This document shows, one piece after another, positions 12,539 through 25,700 of a stretch of 64,000 bases of DNA; positions within the stretch are counted from its first letter, which is position 1, and the number at the start of each line of letters is the position of its first letter. Both the position numbers and the translations under genes were made by a program. Location of the stretch: contig OZ176054.1 of the NCBI GenBank assembly GCA_964247055.1, positions 12,648,001 through 12,712,000 of the forward strand. Reading direction: 5' to 3'. Origin of the DNA: Paragordius varius (lineage: Eukaryota; Animalia; Nematomorpha). Under the pieces are notes generated by a model that saw only the letters and a list, made by a program, of their open reading frames with translations, did no database searches and had not been told where the DNA came from.

Positions 12539-13324
12539 AATAACAATTTATGAAATAATTTAAATTAAATACCAATGATACACACAGAGCCCCGGCTCTT
12601 AACTTTAAAAATATATTAATTTTGATATAAGCTGTTTGTCACGCATCATTGTCAGTTAGTAATTACCAATCTATAATATATATTCTGTGATAAAAACAAA
12701 AACTCTATATCAATAGTCCATATAATTTATTTTTTGTCAAAAGGCGTATACAAGGAAGGGATTTTATAAAACAACTTTGTAATTTAAACATTAAAAAAAA
12801 ATTTAGATGACCATTAAAAGTATATATTTGAATCTTACTAATATGTGATAATACTAACTTTTTATATTTATTATATATCGGTAATTACTACAAATATTCG
12901 GCCATTTGTATAATATTAGCAAACATCCATATTATTTTTTTATATTTGATTATAAATAGTCGCGAATTTTAAATCCAAAATCCAAATATGCATTTTTTTC
13001 ACCGTTTATAAAGACTAATTTTTTAGCATAAATGTGAAGATTTAGCATTTTGTACTGGTAATAGTCACGCAAGTTTAAACATTGAAATAATCTTATTAAT
13101 TATAAATATCCAACACAAAAGTCGTTTATTTAAAAAGCCTAAATATCTCCGCCTTTTTGTAAGTAGGTAGTGGATGACCACAGTATTCCCTTTTGTATGA
13201 TAGATATCTCTAATTTTACCAGTTATATGAGTTTCCGATTTTAGCGCATATTCTAGGAGTAAATATTATTAGTTTGATAAATAAAACATTGTTTACAAAT
13301 ATAATTCATTAATAAAAGTGATAT

Positions 13325-14457
13325 CATTGTGTGTGAAAAAGAGTTTCATAAAATAGTTTATGACCACCGAATTCATTTGTTGCAAAAAATTTTATTTGTT
13401 GACGACCAAGTTTTTGAAATATTGAAAGAAAATCAAAATTGGGCAAAAAAAGGATAATTAAGGATAATGAAAAAATAATGAATAAACTTGAGATTTTATG
13501 GTTTATCATCATTTTAGCAGATATTTAGAATTTATAAATAGCCTATTTATATAGTCGGGTTTGTATAAAAATCATTTCAAAAAATCGCGTTTTTCTTATA
13601 ACATACTTAAAAGACAAATCTTTTTTCCTTAAATTATATTAAAATAAATTTTACTAGCTAAACTAACTATTAATTTAACATTCATATTTTTTTAAGTAAA
13701 AACTTATATATCAAAATAAAATTCAAAAAATATTGTTTTTTATTTTTCCATTTTTTGTCATCTGGTTTATCATCTGGTTTATGAGTGTATAAAAATTATA
13801 CTGTTTTATTTTGGAATCTTACATGAGTGGTAAGAAAGTATATAATTTTAAGAAAATAGCATTTAAGTGGAATATCAACCAACAATCCATACAAATTCCT
13901 GTAACACGTTTATTTTATAAATTTTTATTTTACTGGAATATGTACGTATTTTTGGTTGATTCCACTATTTGTATTAATTTATATTCTTTATATCCCGCTC
14001 ATGTAAAATTCCAAAATAAAACAATATACACGCACAAAAAAATGGAAAACTAAAAACAAGATTTTTTAAATTTTATTTTAATTACTTTACTGAATAAAAT
14101 ATGATTGTTAAGATTTTAATAGTCAATTTAGCTAGTAATGAAAAAAATATTTTAATATAGCTTCATAAAACTTTTGTCTTAAGTATGATTTAAGAAGAGC
14201 GCGGTTTTTTATACTGAGTATTTATACAAACTCTAACAATGTCATTTTCGGATATTTATAAATTGTAAATATCTGACAAAATGTTAATCTTTTATTATTT
14301 TTTTTGTTATCCTAATTTTCACTTTTTGCCCAATTTTGTTTTTCTCTCACTATTTAAAACTAGGTCGTCAAATAAATTTTTTTACAGTAAATGAATTCGC
14401 TGATCATAGGAGATATTAAAAAAAAAGTTTTTTGTTATAAATTTTTTACACGCAGAT
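13325..14457. mobile_element. ~1.1-kb foldback element with long TIRs (family F)
   Basis: gaattcatttgttgcaaaaaattttatttgttgacgacc (~13374) is inverted at ~14362-14397, and cgcgtttttcttataacatacttaaaagac is inverted at ~14170-14210. Terminus cattgtgtgtgaaaaagag matches the element at 49654. Confidence 0.65.
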
Positions 14458-14590
14458 AATATTCATTAACACATGTTGAAGGCCAATTGTGGATTTGAAA
14501 CAATAAATAATTTATTGTTATACCGGGAAAAAATTTATTGTGATAAAATATATTAATACTCATATAAAATATATCAGAATTTTTCCCGTG

Positions 14591-14844
14591 CAAAGGCGTA
14601 GTTTGCATTTCTGACGCCCGGTGCATGAATCCATGATGGCGCCCCCTCCTACTCCATGCGCCCCTTGCATTTTGTAAATATAATAAAATTAAATCGTACA
14701 TATAAATGGGTATATTTTCAGGTATGATTTAAAATGATAACTTTTAAGTACCTATTTTTTAAATAATTTTTTTAAAATCCGGCCCTGTTTAACTATGGCG
14801 CTCGGTGTATCAGCCCCCCTTTCTCCATTAGGTACGCCTCTCTG
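14591..14844. mobile_element. Second copy of the hAT-like MITE at 1260
   Basis: Inverted ends aggcgta / tacgcct and a shared internal core with 1260-1494. Confidence 0.5.
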
Positions 14845-15179
14845 GTGCTTATGGGGCTTACAGATTAAGAAAATTTTTTGCATTTTGTGGAATGAGAAAA
14901 TATAAAAATATTTTAATCAAATGTGGTAAATGTTAAGCCTCAAATTATAGACAAAGTGTTTTTTAATATCATAAAGTGTCTTAGTTTCCATCATGCCTCT
15001 AAATAGTGCGCTTCAAATAATTACTAAAAATAAAATTGGACATATGCATTTTTTCAAAAAATTTTATTTTTGAGGCCATAATCTAACATAGATAAAATGT
15101 TTTCATAGCGAAATCTGGAAATCAGTTACCGTAGAAGTGTAAGTAGCTTTCTTAACACTTCATGATTTTTTAAGGTAAT

Positions 15180-15560
15180 TTATATCCCGGAGCGATTTGA
15201 TTGATATCATAAAAAGTATTTAAGTTATAAGCCGATTAAAAAATATGTTTTATTTAGCCTTTTAGGCGCATTATATATTTTTAAAATGGGAAAAAAATCC
15301 TCATCTAAAACCTTTTCGCCGTCATTTTTTCATTAAATTATGTTATGACGCTTATGAAACAAGCAAATAATATTATGATTGGAAAATGTAAATAATTAAC
15401 TTTAAGCTTTCTTATTTGAATTTTATTATCAGTTTAATCTAGTTTTAGAGCTGTCTCTATTTTATCTGGGAACACAAAACTGTAAAATAAGCTTTTTTTC
15501 TCTAAAACACTAGAACATGTTGATAATTAAAAAAGTAATAAGGATATAAAGCGTTAAATC
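15180..15560. repeat. Interspersed repeat family E (second copy ~22280-22740 in GLT1 intron 7)
   Basis: Both copies start tatatcccggagcgatttga and share gcgcattata, aaatcctc and aatgt(t/a)aataattaactt. Boundaries are approximate. Confidence 0.6.
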
Positions 15561-16706
15561 CTTTGTACCGGTCAATACCCAAAACATGATCCACATATAC
15601 TATTGTTTTATTAGAATATTTTGTGTCATGTCATGGTGCTTTTATTTTTAAACAATTATTTAATAAACACCAATCATGTTACTCACAATATAAAAACCTT
15701 AAATAAACAATTTATAATTTAAGGAAGAGAGTTTCATAATTATTCGATATTAAATCTATTTGAGCAAGATTTTTTAAAGCGTCAATTCAACCGTTTCATA
15801 AAATATTTTTTTGCATTAACACTTCGATTCAAATTGGGATATCTAAATACCCCAGACTAAATTTATATTAAAATTTTTAAAAAACTACTGAAGGAAACGG
15901 TCCCAATTTAAATTTATGCTTCTATCCTGATAAATATTATATAAATATGCCAAAATATCTTGATAAAATTTTGTTTTGAAAAAAAAGTTCCATCTCACAC
16001 TACTTCGACGCCATTTTTATTTTAAAAAAATTTTGCAAAATATCGTCTTCATTTAATTTTAAGGGTAAAACTAAAGCTTATTTTTTATATAAATTACATC
16101 TAACATTGATAGAAATAGAAAAAGCGGTTTATTTTGTATTATTTTATAATTTTACAATTTGACACATGTCACGTTGATTAAATTTTTACCTTTCAGTTTT
16201 AGCTCAAAATAAGTATTATAAAGTGTTTTTGAATAAATTTTTTTATATATTTCAGTTAATTAATGTTATATAGTGCAAAATTTTGCCATGGTTTCGATTG
16301 CTTCCATACTTTTTGAAGTATTTGATTTTAAACAGGCCTTATCCAACTACCCCAATTTGAATCGAACGACTAAAATGAGTGTGTTGTATCCAAGTGTTAA
16401 AGCCAAGAGTGTCATGATTAATATCCAGATATAATTAAAAAAATTTGTTTAAAATCTATTCAAAATTTTGCTGGTATAAATAATAATTATCCACTATTAG
16501 ATTATTTATCAAAAATGTAAAATAAGACGCAAAAGTATTTTGTATGCTATTTATTTGTTTGCACAATCAGCATTTGACACATTATTTCTTTTGCGTCATC
16601 GCAAAATTTTAATATATCAGTTCTCACTTTTATGCGTTACACATTGCATGTGCCAATTTTAAACAAAAATTATTTCCTAGTGTTTTAACCCAAAAATTTA
16701 TATTAA

Positions 16707-19700
16707 ATGGCTCAGAATATAGAATATTCTAACCAAAACAATCACGAAAAAAACTTTGTTAACCTTTATCCTAAAGAAAGGATAGGTCTGTATGATCCAT
16801 CACAAGAAAAGGATTCTTGTGGTGCCGGCTTCATAGTTAATATGTATGGGATAGCTTCGCACCAAGTTTATTCTACTTTTTACTTAAAAATCTAATTTTT
16901 TTAAAGCTAAAACTTGTGTGTTGCCTTAAATAGATTTTAGAAAAAGCCAGAAATATCTTGGAAAGTATGGAACACCGAGGTGCATGTGGTTGCGATTCTG
17001 ATACAGGAGATGGTGCTGGAGTTATGTGTGCCATCCCATTTAAATTTTATTCTCAAATTTTAAAGTAAAAATTTAAATTTTTTTAATTTTATTTACACAA
17101 TTTTTATTAAGTTTTTTTTATACATGCAACAAAATATAATTAATGATTATGTGGAAACCCGCAGGCGTTTATATATTTTATATAAGTTTAAAAAAAAATG
17201 AACATTACAGTTATGCTTACACTATGTATGTAACAAATGGTCAGACTTACTTAAATTTATACGTATTGTTTTATTCTAAAAAACCATATTTTAAACATTT
17301 TCATTAAATAAATTTTATTTTTTACCATTTAATTACAGAATACATATTTGTGACCGTTGTTAACTTTATGTAAGGTAGTTACGACAATATACCAAAATTA
17401 ATATTACACAGTTTTTCAATATGGAAACAAAAGGATATTTTTCATATTTTTTTTCTGCCTATTTTATTTTATTAAAGTGTCATCAAAATTAAGTAAAAAT
17501 TTGTCTTGAAGTCCTAGCCGTAAAAGTATCTTAAAACTTATATTTTTGAAAAAAAAAATAAATTTAAAAATTTTATATGGTATATTTTTTCATAAAGTTG
17601 TTTTTCACCAAAAAATATAGTCACGCAATAATTTTTAATCGGATTAACTATAGTTATTTCTTTGCATAATAGTATTTTTTGCTCAAATATTGCTATTTTG
17701 GACATTTAGTTTTTTTTTAGCATTTCATTTATCGATTATTAATTAATTGGACAATATAAGAGGCTTGCGCTTGAATGTTGTATTTTAACTTTGCAATCTA
17801 TATATGCTTTAAGATAAGTTTTTATAAATTTTAACTTACATTTTGCACTTTTTTATTATCAGGTGTTTTTTTTCTTTGCATTTCGTTAAACTTAGAGTTA
17901 AAGGATTTTTAAAAAAATAAGTATTTCTATATAAATTTTGAATTCAAATTCACCCATAAACAATTCAAATTCACCCTAAATTAAATTATGTGTTTTTCAA
18001 GATTAAATATTACCTATATTTTTTTTATTTTATCAAAAATTTAATATTGTTTAAAATTAATATACAATACTGAAAAAATAAAAAAAACTATGTATGCCAT
18101 AAGAATACATAATTTATTTTTAGAGGGAATTGAACTGTTCAAGGGTGAATTTGAATCGTTTGAGGGTGAATTTGAACTGTTCGAGGGTGAATTTGAATTG
18201 TAAATGGTATAAAATTTTGAATTTAAAGATTTTTTTTAAATATATTTTAGAGATGAATTTAGTGTTAAATTACCACCAGCCCATGGGTATGCTACTGGCC
18301 TTATATTTGTGGGCGCTTCATGTGCTGAACATTGCAAAGATATTTTTAACAAAATTTGTGAGGAGAGAGGGTTAAAGGTAATTTTATTATAATAAGTTTT
18401 TTATTTTATTATGAGATGATTTTTATAACTGATATATATATATATATATATATATACCATTTACAGTTTAAATTCACCCTTGAACAATTCAAATTTACCC
18501 TAAAAATAAATTATGAATTTTCAAACTAATATAACTCATCATTAGTATGAAATATATCTTTATGGCATAGTTTATTATTTTTTCAGTATTATTTTAATTT
18601 TAAACAAAATTTTATTTTTTTTAAATATGATAAAATATGGGTAATTTTTAATATTAAAAACACATAATTTATTTTTCAGCATGAATTTGAATTGTTCGAG
18701 GGTGAATTTGAATTGTACAAGGGTTAATTTGAATTGTAAATGGTATTTTTAATTCTTTAAATTAAAATCAAAAATGTATGTTATTAAATTTACCTTATTT
18801 TATCATTTAATTCAAAACAGATTTTAGCGTGGAGAAATGTTCCAGTAGAAAGTCATAAAATTGGCAAGTTAGCTCGGGATTCAGAACCCTTGATTTTACA
18901 GGTTTAATTGATTTAAAATTAAAATCTTTTTAAAATTTTAATAAAATTTTATTAATTATTTTGAAATTTTAATAAAATTTTATTTTATTTTTTAAAAATA
19001 AATTCTTATATTTTTATTATATATATAGGTCTTTGTGTCACCAATAGATCCTTCAACCATCACTGAAGATGAATTTAAACGAAAAGTGATTTTTTGCCAT
19101 ACAATTTATATATATATATTGGATTGCAAATTTTTTTTTATAAATTTTTATATAAAAAACCATCATTTTTTATAAGTAGAGTAAAAAATTTTTATGCTTT
19201 AATATGGCTTTTAGAGAGAATTTTATCAATCATTATTAGATAATTTTGTCATTTATATGCAAAAATATATCATCCTTACTACTAAACTTTTTCATTAGTC
19301 TACTTACACAATAGAGGTTTACAGTTAATACCATACTTTACGTTTTTTATTTCAAAAAGCGTACACTTGAAAAAAAGCTTTTAAACTTTATTAGTTTTAT
19401 ATATATTTATATCAATAAGTATTAAATTAGAGTGCAATTACGTTTTTATATAAAAAGAGATAAAATTTTGTATTAGAGATAGAGAATTAGTTAATCAAGG
19501 TCAAAGGCATTAAATTTACTGGTGTTTTCTGCATTTATCCTATTTTTATAATTATATATGTGAATAGCCAATAATGTCAAATCCATTTTATTTTATATTG
19601 AAAATGGAACAATTTTATATATTTTTGTTAACTTTTTTTAAAAAAATTTATATGGCATTAAAATAAAATTTTTATATTGGCTATATATAAATTAAGATTA

Positions 19701-22700
19701 TTATTTTTTCAATAAACTATAAATTTTAATCATGAGTGTACATAGATTTTACCTTATTATTCTTAATGGACATATTTTTATATTAGAAATAAAAACAGTA
19801 AAAATTGAAAAATACGGACAAAACGTAAAAATATAAAGACAAATATTTTTTTCTAAAAGACAACCATACTTTTTATATCTTATTTTATTTAAATATAACC
19901 ATTCTTTTTAATTGAAAATTAAAAAATAAAGAATTATTACTAACACAATCAATTCTATACTTTACAATTGTAACTAAATATCTTATATAGGAATTACATT
20001 TAGGTTTTAAAAAGTAAGTATGGTTGTCTTTTCGAAAAAAATGTTGTTTTTATATTTTTACGTTTTGTCCATAGTATAATTTCAATTTTTATTGTAATCA
20101 ATTAAATATTTTAACATATATTTTGGTTTGATGGAATATAATAAATTAGGAAGGAATTCTATGCAGATAAATACCAAAATTATTAATATACTGACGGAGA
20201 AATAATGGATATTATCATTAAGATTAATATGGTTTTACATTAAAAATTGGAATTATATGGACAAAACGTAAAAATACAAAGACAAATTAAACATTTTTTC
20301 TAAAAAACATCCATATAACACTTTTTCAATCTTGATTTTAACTCAAATTTTAAAATTAATCTGAATTAGAGATGATTGGTAAGACAATCATATATATATA
20401 TATATATATATATACCATTTACAATTCAAAATCACCCTTAAATTCAAATTCGCCCTTTAACAATTCAAATTCACCCTTAAATTCAAATTCATCCTTAAAC
20501 AATTGAAATTCACCCTTAGACTATTCAAATTCACCCTTAAACAATTCAAATTCATCCTTAAACAATTCAAATTCACCCTCAAATAAAATACATGTTTTTA
20601 GATTAAAAATTACCTAATATTTTTATATATTTTTAAAAAAAAATTTTGTTGTAAATTAAAATAATATTGAAAAAATAATAAACTATGCCATAAAGATATA
20701 TTTCTCATTAATAATGAGTTATATTAATTCGAAAACACATAATTTATTTTTAGGGTGAATTTGAATTGTTCGAGGGTGAATTTGAATTGTTCAAGGGTGA
20801 ATTTGAACTGTAAATGATATACTACAATTGTAATTAAAAAATTATTTGGGAATAATATTAAAAAATGTTTTAAAAAGTATGGTTGTCTCTTATGCAAGCG
20901 AAAAATATTTGTTATATGTTTTACATAATTTTGTCCGTATAATTTCTTTCAAATATTTACTGCGTTAATTAATATTGTACAAAACTTTATTTTTTAAAAG
21001 TTTCTGTTTTATGTTTCGTTTTAATATTTATAGGTATATATGGTACGTAAGTATGCGACACACCGAATACCCTCATACAATTTACGATTTTATATTTGCA
21101 GTCTATCCCCCTACTCCATAGTTTATAAGGTTTTTTTTTTCAATTTTATGTATATATAATTTATTATAAGTAAGTATATATACATTGCTAGAAAATTATT
21201 TATTATTGCCAAATAGCATCGTATATAACAAAGGGGGCAGTATTATTGGAATATAGATGTTTTTTCACTTTTTACCATTATTAGCCAATAATAATACTTT
21301 CCTTTGTTGTATTTAAAATTTGACAATAATTAAAAACTTTGTAGGAATATATACTTACTCATGCTATATTATATATATATAACAATTCAAATTCATCCTT
21401 AAACAATTCATATTCACCCTAAAATAAATTAAAGGTTTTTTAAGATTAAAAATTAATTATATAAATAAAATTTAGGTTATAATAAAAATTTTGGTTTAAA
21501 TAAATAATTAAACTATGCTGCAATAAAATATATTTTATATTAATGAGGAGTTATATTAGCTCGACAACATATAATTTATTTTTAGGGTTTTATATTATAT
21601 ATGTTATATATATTTGATTAATTTCAAACTTTTTATTTTAAAAAAAATAATTTTATTACACCGTACATTTTTGCCATTAAACAACATTGTTTAAAGGCAA
21701 TTTATTTTAAAAAACAATTTATTTAATACATTAAAAAAAAGTATTCTTAAATTGAAAAAAAATTTTTTTGCCTCTAAATGTGAAAAATATTTTTTTTGTC
21801 ACTAAATGTCGAAAATATTTCTTTTTTTAATATATATGGTGAATGGATTATGCATAGGGTCAATTCCGCGTAGATCAATTATGGGAATATTTTACGGATT
21901 TGAGGGATGTTAGATTTGAATCTCATTATGCGCTTGTACATAGCCGTTTCTCAACAAACACTTTCCCTAGCTGGGAACGGGCTCAACCATTAAGGTATTT
22001 TTTATATATGAAACAATTAATTACCCTTTAATAAATAAAAAAGGAAAAAAAGAGATTCTAAACTGTATATATATATATATATATATATGTATATAAGCCA
22101 ATTTTTGACGATTTTAAGATTGATTTCCAGTTTTTACTAAGGCGAAAATTGCAACAATTTAACTTGATTTGATTTTATTACGGTTTCTTATAAAGTTGTA
22201 TAAATAAAAATTTAGATATAAATTTTAAACCTAAAAGTATCAAAAATAATTTTAACACTCTCTTACCTTTTGGGGTGGTTTTATATCCCGGAGCGATTTG
22301 AAATTTGAATACAACTTAAATAGTATTTCTAAGGTATTCCAATTTAATAATGTAATATTTTTAACCTTTTAAGCGCATTATACAAAAAAATTTTTCTTAA
22401 AAATGTAAAATTGTGGAAAAATCCTCTTCTCAAACTTTATTGCGCCATTTTTTCCATTTATTTTTTTAAATCGTTAATGCAACAGGCAAATAAATGTATA
22501 TTATGGTAGGAAAATGTTAATAATTAACTTGGAAAAAGCTTTCAGGCTACATTTTACCAGTAGCAAAAACTTGATATATTTTCATTTTAATATCCTGTTC
22601 GTTTTAATCGTTTTTTGGAGCTGTCCCAATTTTAAACTCTAGAAGTCAAAAAACTGTAAAGAAAACCTAACCTTTATCTAATACATGAGAACAATGTTTG

Positions 22701-25700
22701 ATAATTAAATTTTAATCAAAATCACTTTTAAACACTGTAGTTTATTTACAAAATTGAGCTCTGTGATATAAAATTACCACAAAAGGTAAACTAGGACAAA
22801 TATATGAAATAATAATGGTGTGTTAATGGTGTTTAAAACTTTTTTTTCATATAAATCTTGAATTATTATAAAAAAATTAAAATTAATTTATAATTCGGAA
22901 AAAAATAGATAAAATTTAATAAAGGGGGTAAATTTAAAACTTAATTTATTTTATTTTATTTGCCTCCTACATAATAGGCACATTTGTCACAATGGGGAGA
23001 TTAATACGCTGCGTGGTAATGTTAATAATATGTCAGCCCGTGAAGGTATAATGCAATCTCGTACATTTGGAACTGATTTATCCAGCCTTTACCCGGTCGT
23101 TGAAAATGAAGTTTCGGATTCTGGTGCGCTTGATAATGCTCTCGAATTCCTAATGCATGCTGGAGGCAAAAGCTTGCCTGAAGTATTAATTAATATTTCT
23201 TTTTAATTAACTGGTTGTTAACTTTTGTAAAAAGTGATATTTTTTATACTAAATATGAATAATTCAACTACCCTTTGGGTATAGTTATGTTTTTTTAGGG
23301 GACTTTTTTGGATGACATAAGTTTTTTTCTCGTCTTGAATTGCTCCTTTATTTATAAAAAATGGAGGAATGGGGTTTTTATCGAAATCTGTTAGACAAAA
23401 AAACTGGTGCATTTTAAGCGTTTTCTATATTTTTACAGGTGGGGGGGGGGATGTGCAGTTTTTTGTTACGGTTAAAACAAGACGAGGCTCTAAAACATTT
23501 ATTAATATTTTGTTACAGCAAAAATTTATAATTTTAGCCAAATTGTTAAAGACACTTTTAAAAATTTTAAAAAGTCAGCCATATTTTACTAAATCTTGTT
23601 TCCATATATCCATGATTTTATATACACATTCCTATTTATTATTTTTTACCAAAATAAATAAGTTTTAACAAAAAAACTAATTTATAAAAAAATATTTATT
23701 TATAATTTTATTTTTTCTACGAAATAGAGTATAATAAATTTGATCCCTGAGGCGCGTAAACATAATTTCGACGAAGTCAATGAGCCGATTGAAACATCCA
23801 CCCTTCCTGAATACAGTATTAAGGCACCAATGCAACAGCAAAATAATAGTTCCCAAACAAATGAACTTTCTGTTTCAAAAAACGCCACAAACGTTTTAGA
23901 AGTGGTGGGAGGAAGCACTGTTTTTGATTTGGAAAAGTAAGGATTTTAAGTTTTTTTTAAAAAAGAAATTAATAAAGATATGCGGTTGTTTCTCAATGAT
24001 TAAAAATTAATATTTATTTAAAATGTATTTTAAATAATAGAAAATAGATTAAAAACGATAAAATAGATGAATAATATACGATTTGATTGATAAAAATTAA
24101 AAACAAAACAAAAAAGTCAAAGGACCAACTTGAAATGTTCAAGGACCAACTTAAAGTGTTCAAGGACTAACTTGAAATGTTAAAGGACCAACTTGAAGGG
24201 TTTAAGAATACTCTTGAAGTACAAATATTTTATTTTTAGAGTGTTATTTATTATAGAATAAATTAAAACATGAAATGGCCTTTTTATTTGTTATCAGTTT
24301 AAGTATTTTTCATAGCAATTTTAATTTAACCAAGTTAAAAATTTGTGTAGTTAAGTTAAATGAAACTTCCCGATATAATCGTTAGTTATTAATTTCTATT
24401 GTTTGCCATATATGTTTTAGTTACCAAAAACTAATTTAAATAAAAACTATTTTATATTCCTAACATAATTGATGGCAATTTTTGTATTGCCGTTTTTTAC
24501 CTATTGTATTTGAGATTTGTATGTGAATATACCAGATTACTTGCAATTACAGTCATGTATGTTTAGAATTGTCAAACACACGTTTTTAATTGATTTTACT
24601 TTGTTTTTAATTGTTTACAATAAATAGGCTATTATTATTATTCTAAGGCCTGCTAAAAATGCGCATGTTGAAAGTTGTTGACATATGAAACATCATAACA
24701 ATTAAAAAAAAAACAAAGTAAAATCAATTAAAAACGTATGTTTGACAATTGTCTAAACATACATGACTGTAATTTCAATAATGCCAAGAAGATGAATATT
24801 TCATTTTTTCTTATCAATTCTATGATTTATATCTTTTCTAGAAACTATTCATGCGTAAAAATCAGTAAAATCAAGTAAAAACGTATGTTTGACAATTGTC
24901 TAAACATACATGACTGTAATTGCAATAATGCCATGAATAGACGATGAGCATTTCATTTTTTATGATTTATATACTTTTCTTTTCTAGAAACTATTCCTCC
25001 GTAAAAAGCAGCAGTAGGCGTAGGAGACCAGCTTACCCCGTCTCGGCTTACTTTAAATGGTGTGGGGCTTGGATGGAACCTTGGGATGGACCTGCCCTCA
25101 TAGTTTTTGGAGGAGATGGTAGGCATGTTGGCGCTGCTCTAGACCGAAATGGGTTGAGACCAGCCCGCTTTTACCTTACCGCTAAGGGTTTCTTAGTCCT
25201 AGCTAGTGAAGTTGGTGTTTTTGATGTGGACTCTAATGCTAAAAACGATTTCGCTAATGATAATGATTGGATTATAAAAAAGGTATGTATAATTTTTGGA
25301 TATATATGTTTTTTTGGGGGTAGGGGGAGGGGGGGGGGGTCGAGTAGTCTAAAGACAGGTATAAGTATATTTATGAACCGAAATTGAGACTGGCCCGCTT
25401 TTACCTTGCTGCCAAGGTTTTTTTCGTTTATTGCTAAGGAAGTTGGTGTTTTTGATGTGGTTTCTAAGAAAAACGATATCGATTGCAATATTGGTTATGA
25501 TTGGATTATAAAAAAGGTAGAAATAAGTATATTAAAATTAATATCAAACAGTTTTAAAAGAGAGAGGGAAATTGACGACTAACAAAGTTTTGACTGACTC
25601 TAATATTCTTTGTATTGCTGAGGATTGATTGGATTACAAAAATGGCTGAAAATTTTTGGATTGGATTGATAAATTAGGTTTTAAGAGATGTTTAAGTATA

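Noticed and set aside
15823-16366. 16-bp perfect inverted repeat TTCGATTCAAATTGGG upstream of the GLT1 start
   Set aside because: No TSD, second copy or extended arms were found; it cannot be called a promoter element or a transposon.
20415-20580. Regular 21-bp arrays as possible CRISPR repeats
   Set aside because: Units are contiguous with no unique spacers, occur as inverted pairs within MITEs, and the DNA is eukaryotic with no cas genes.
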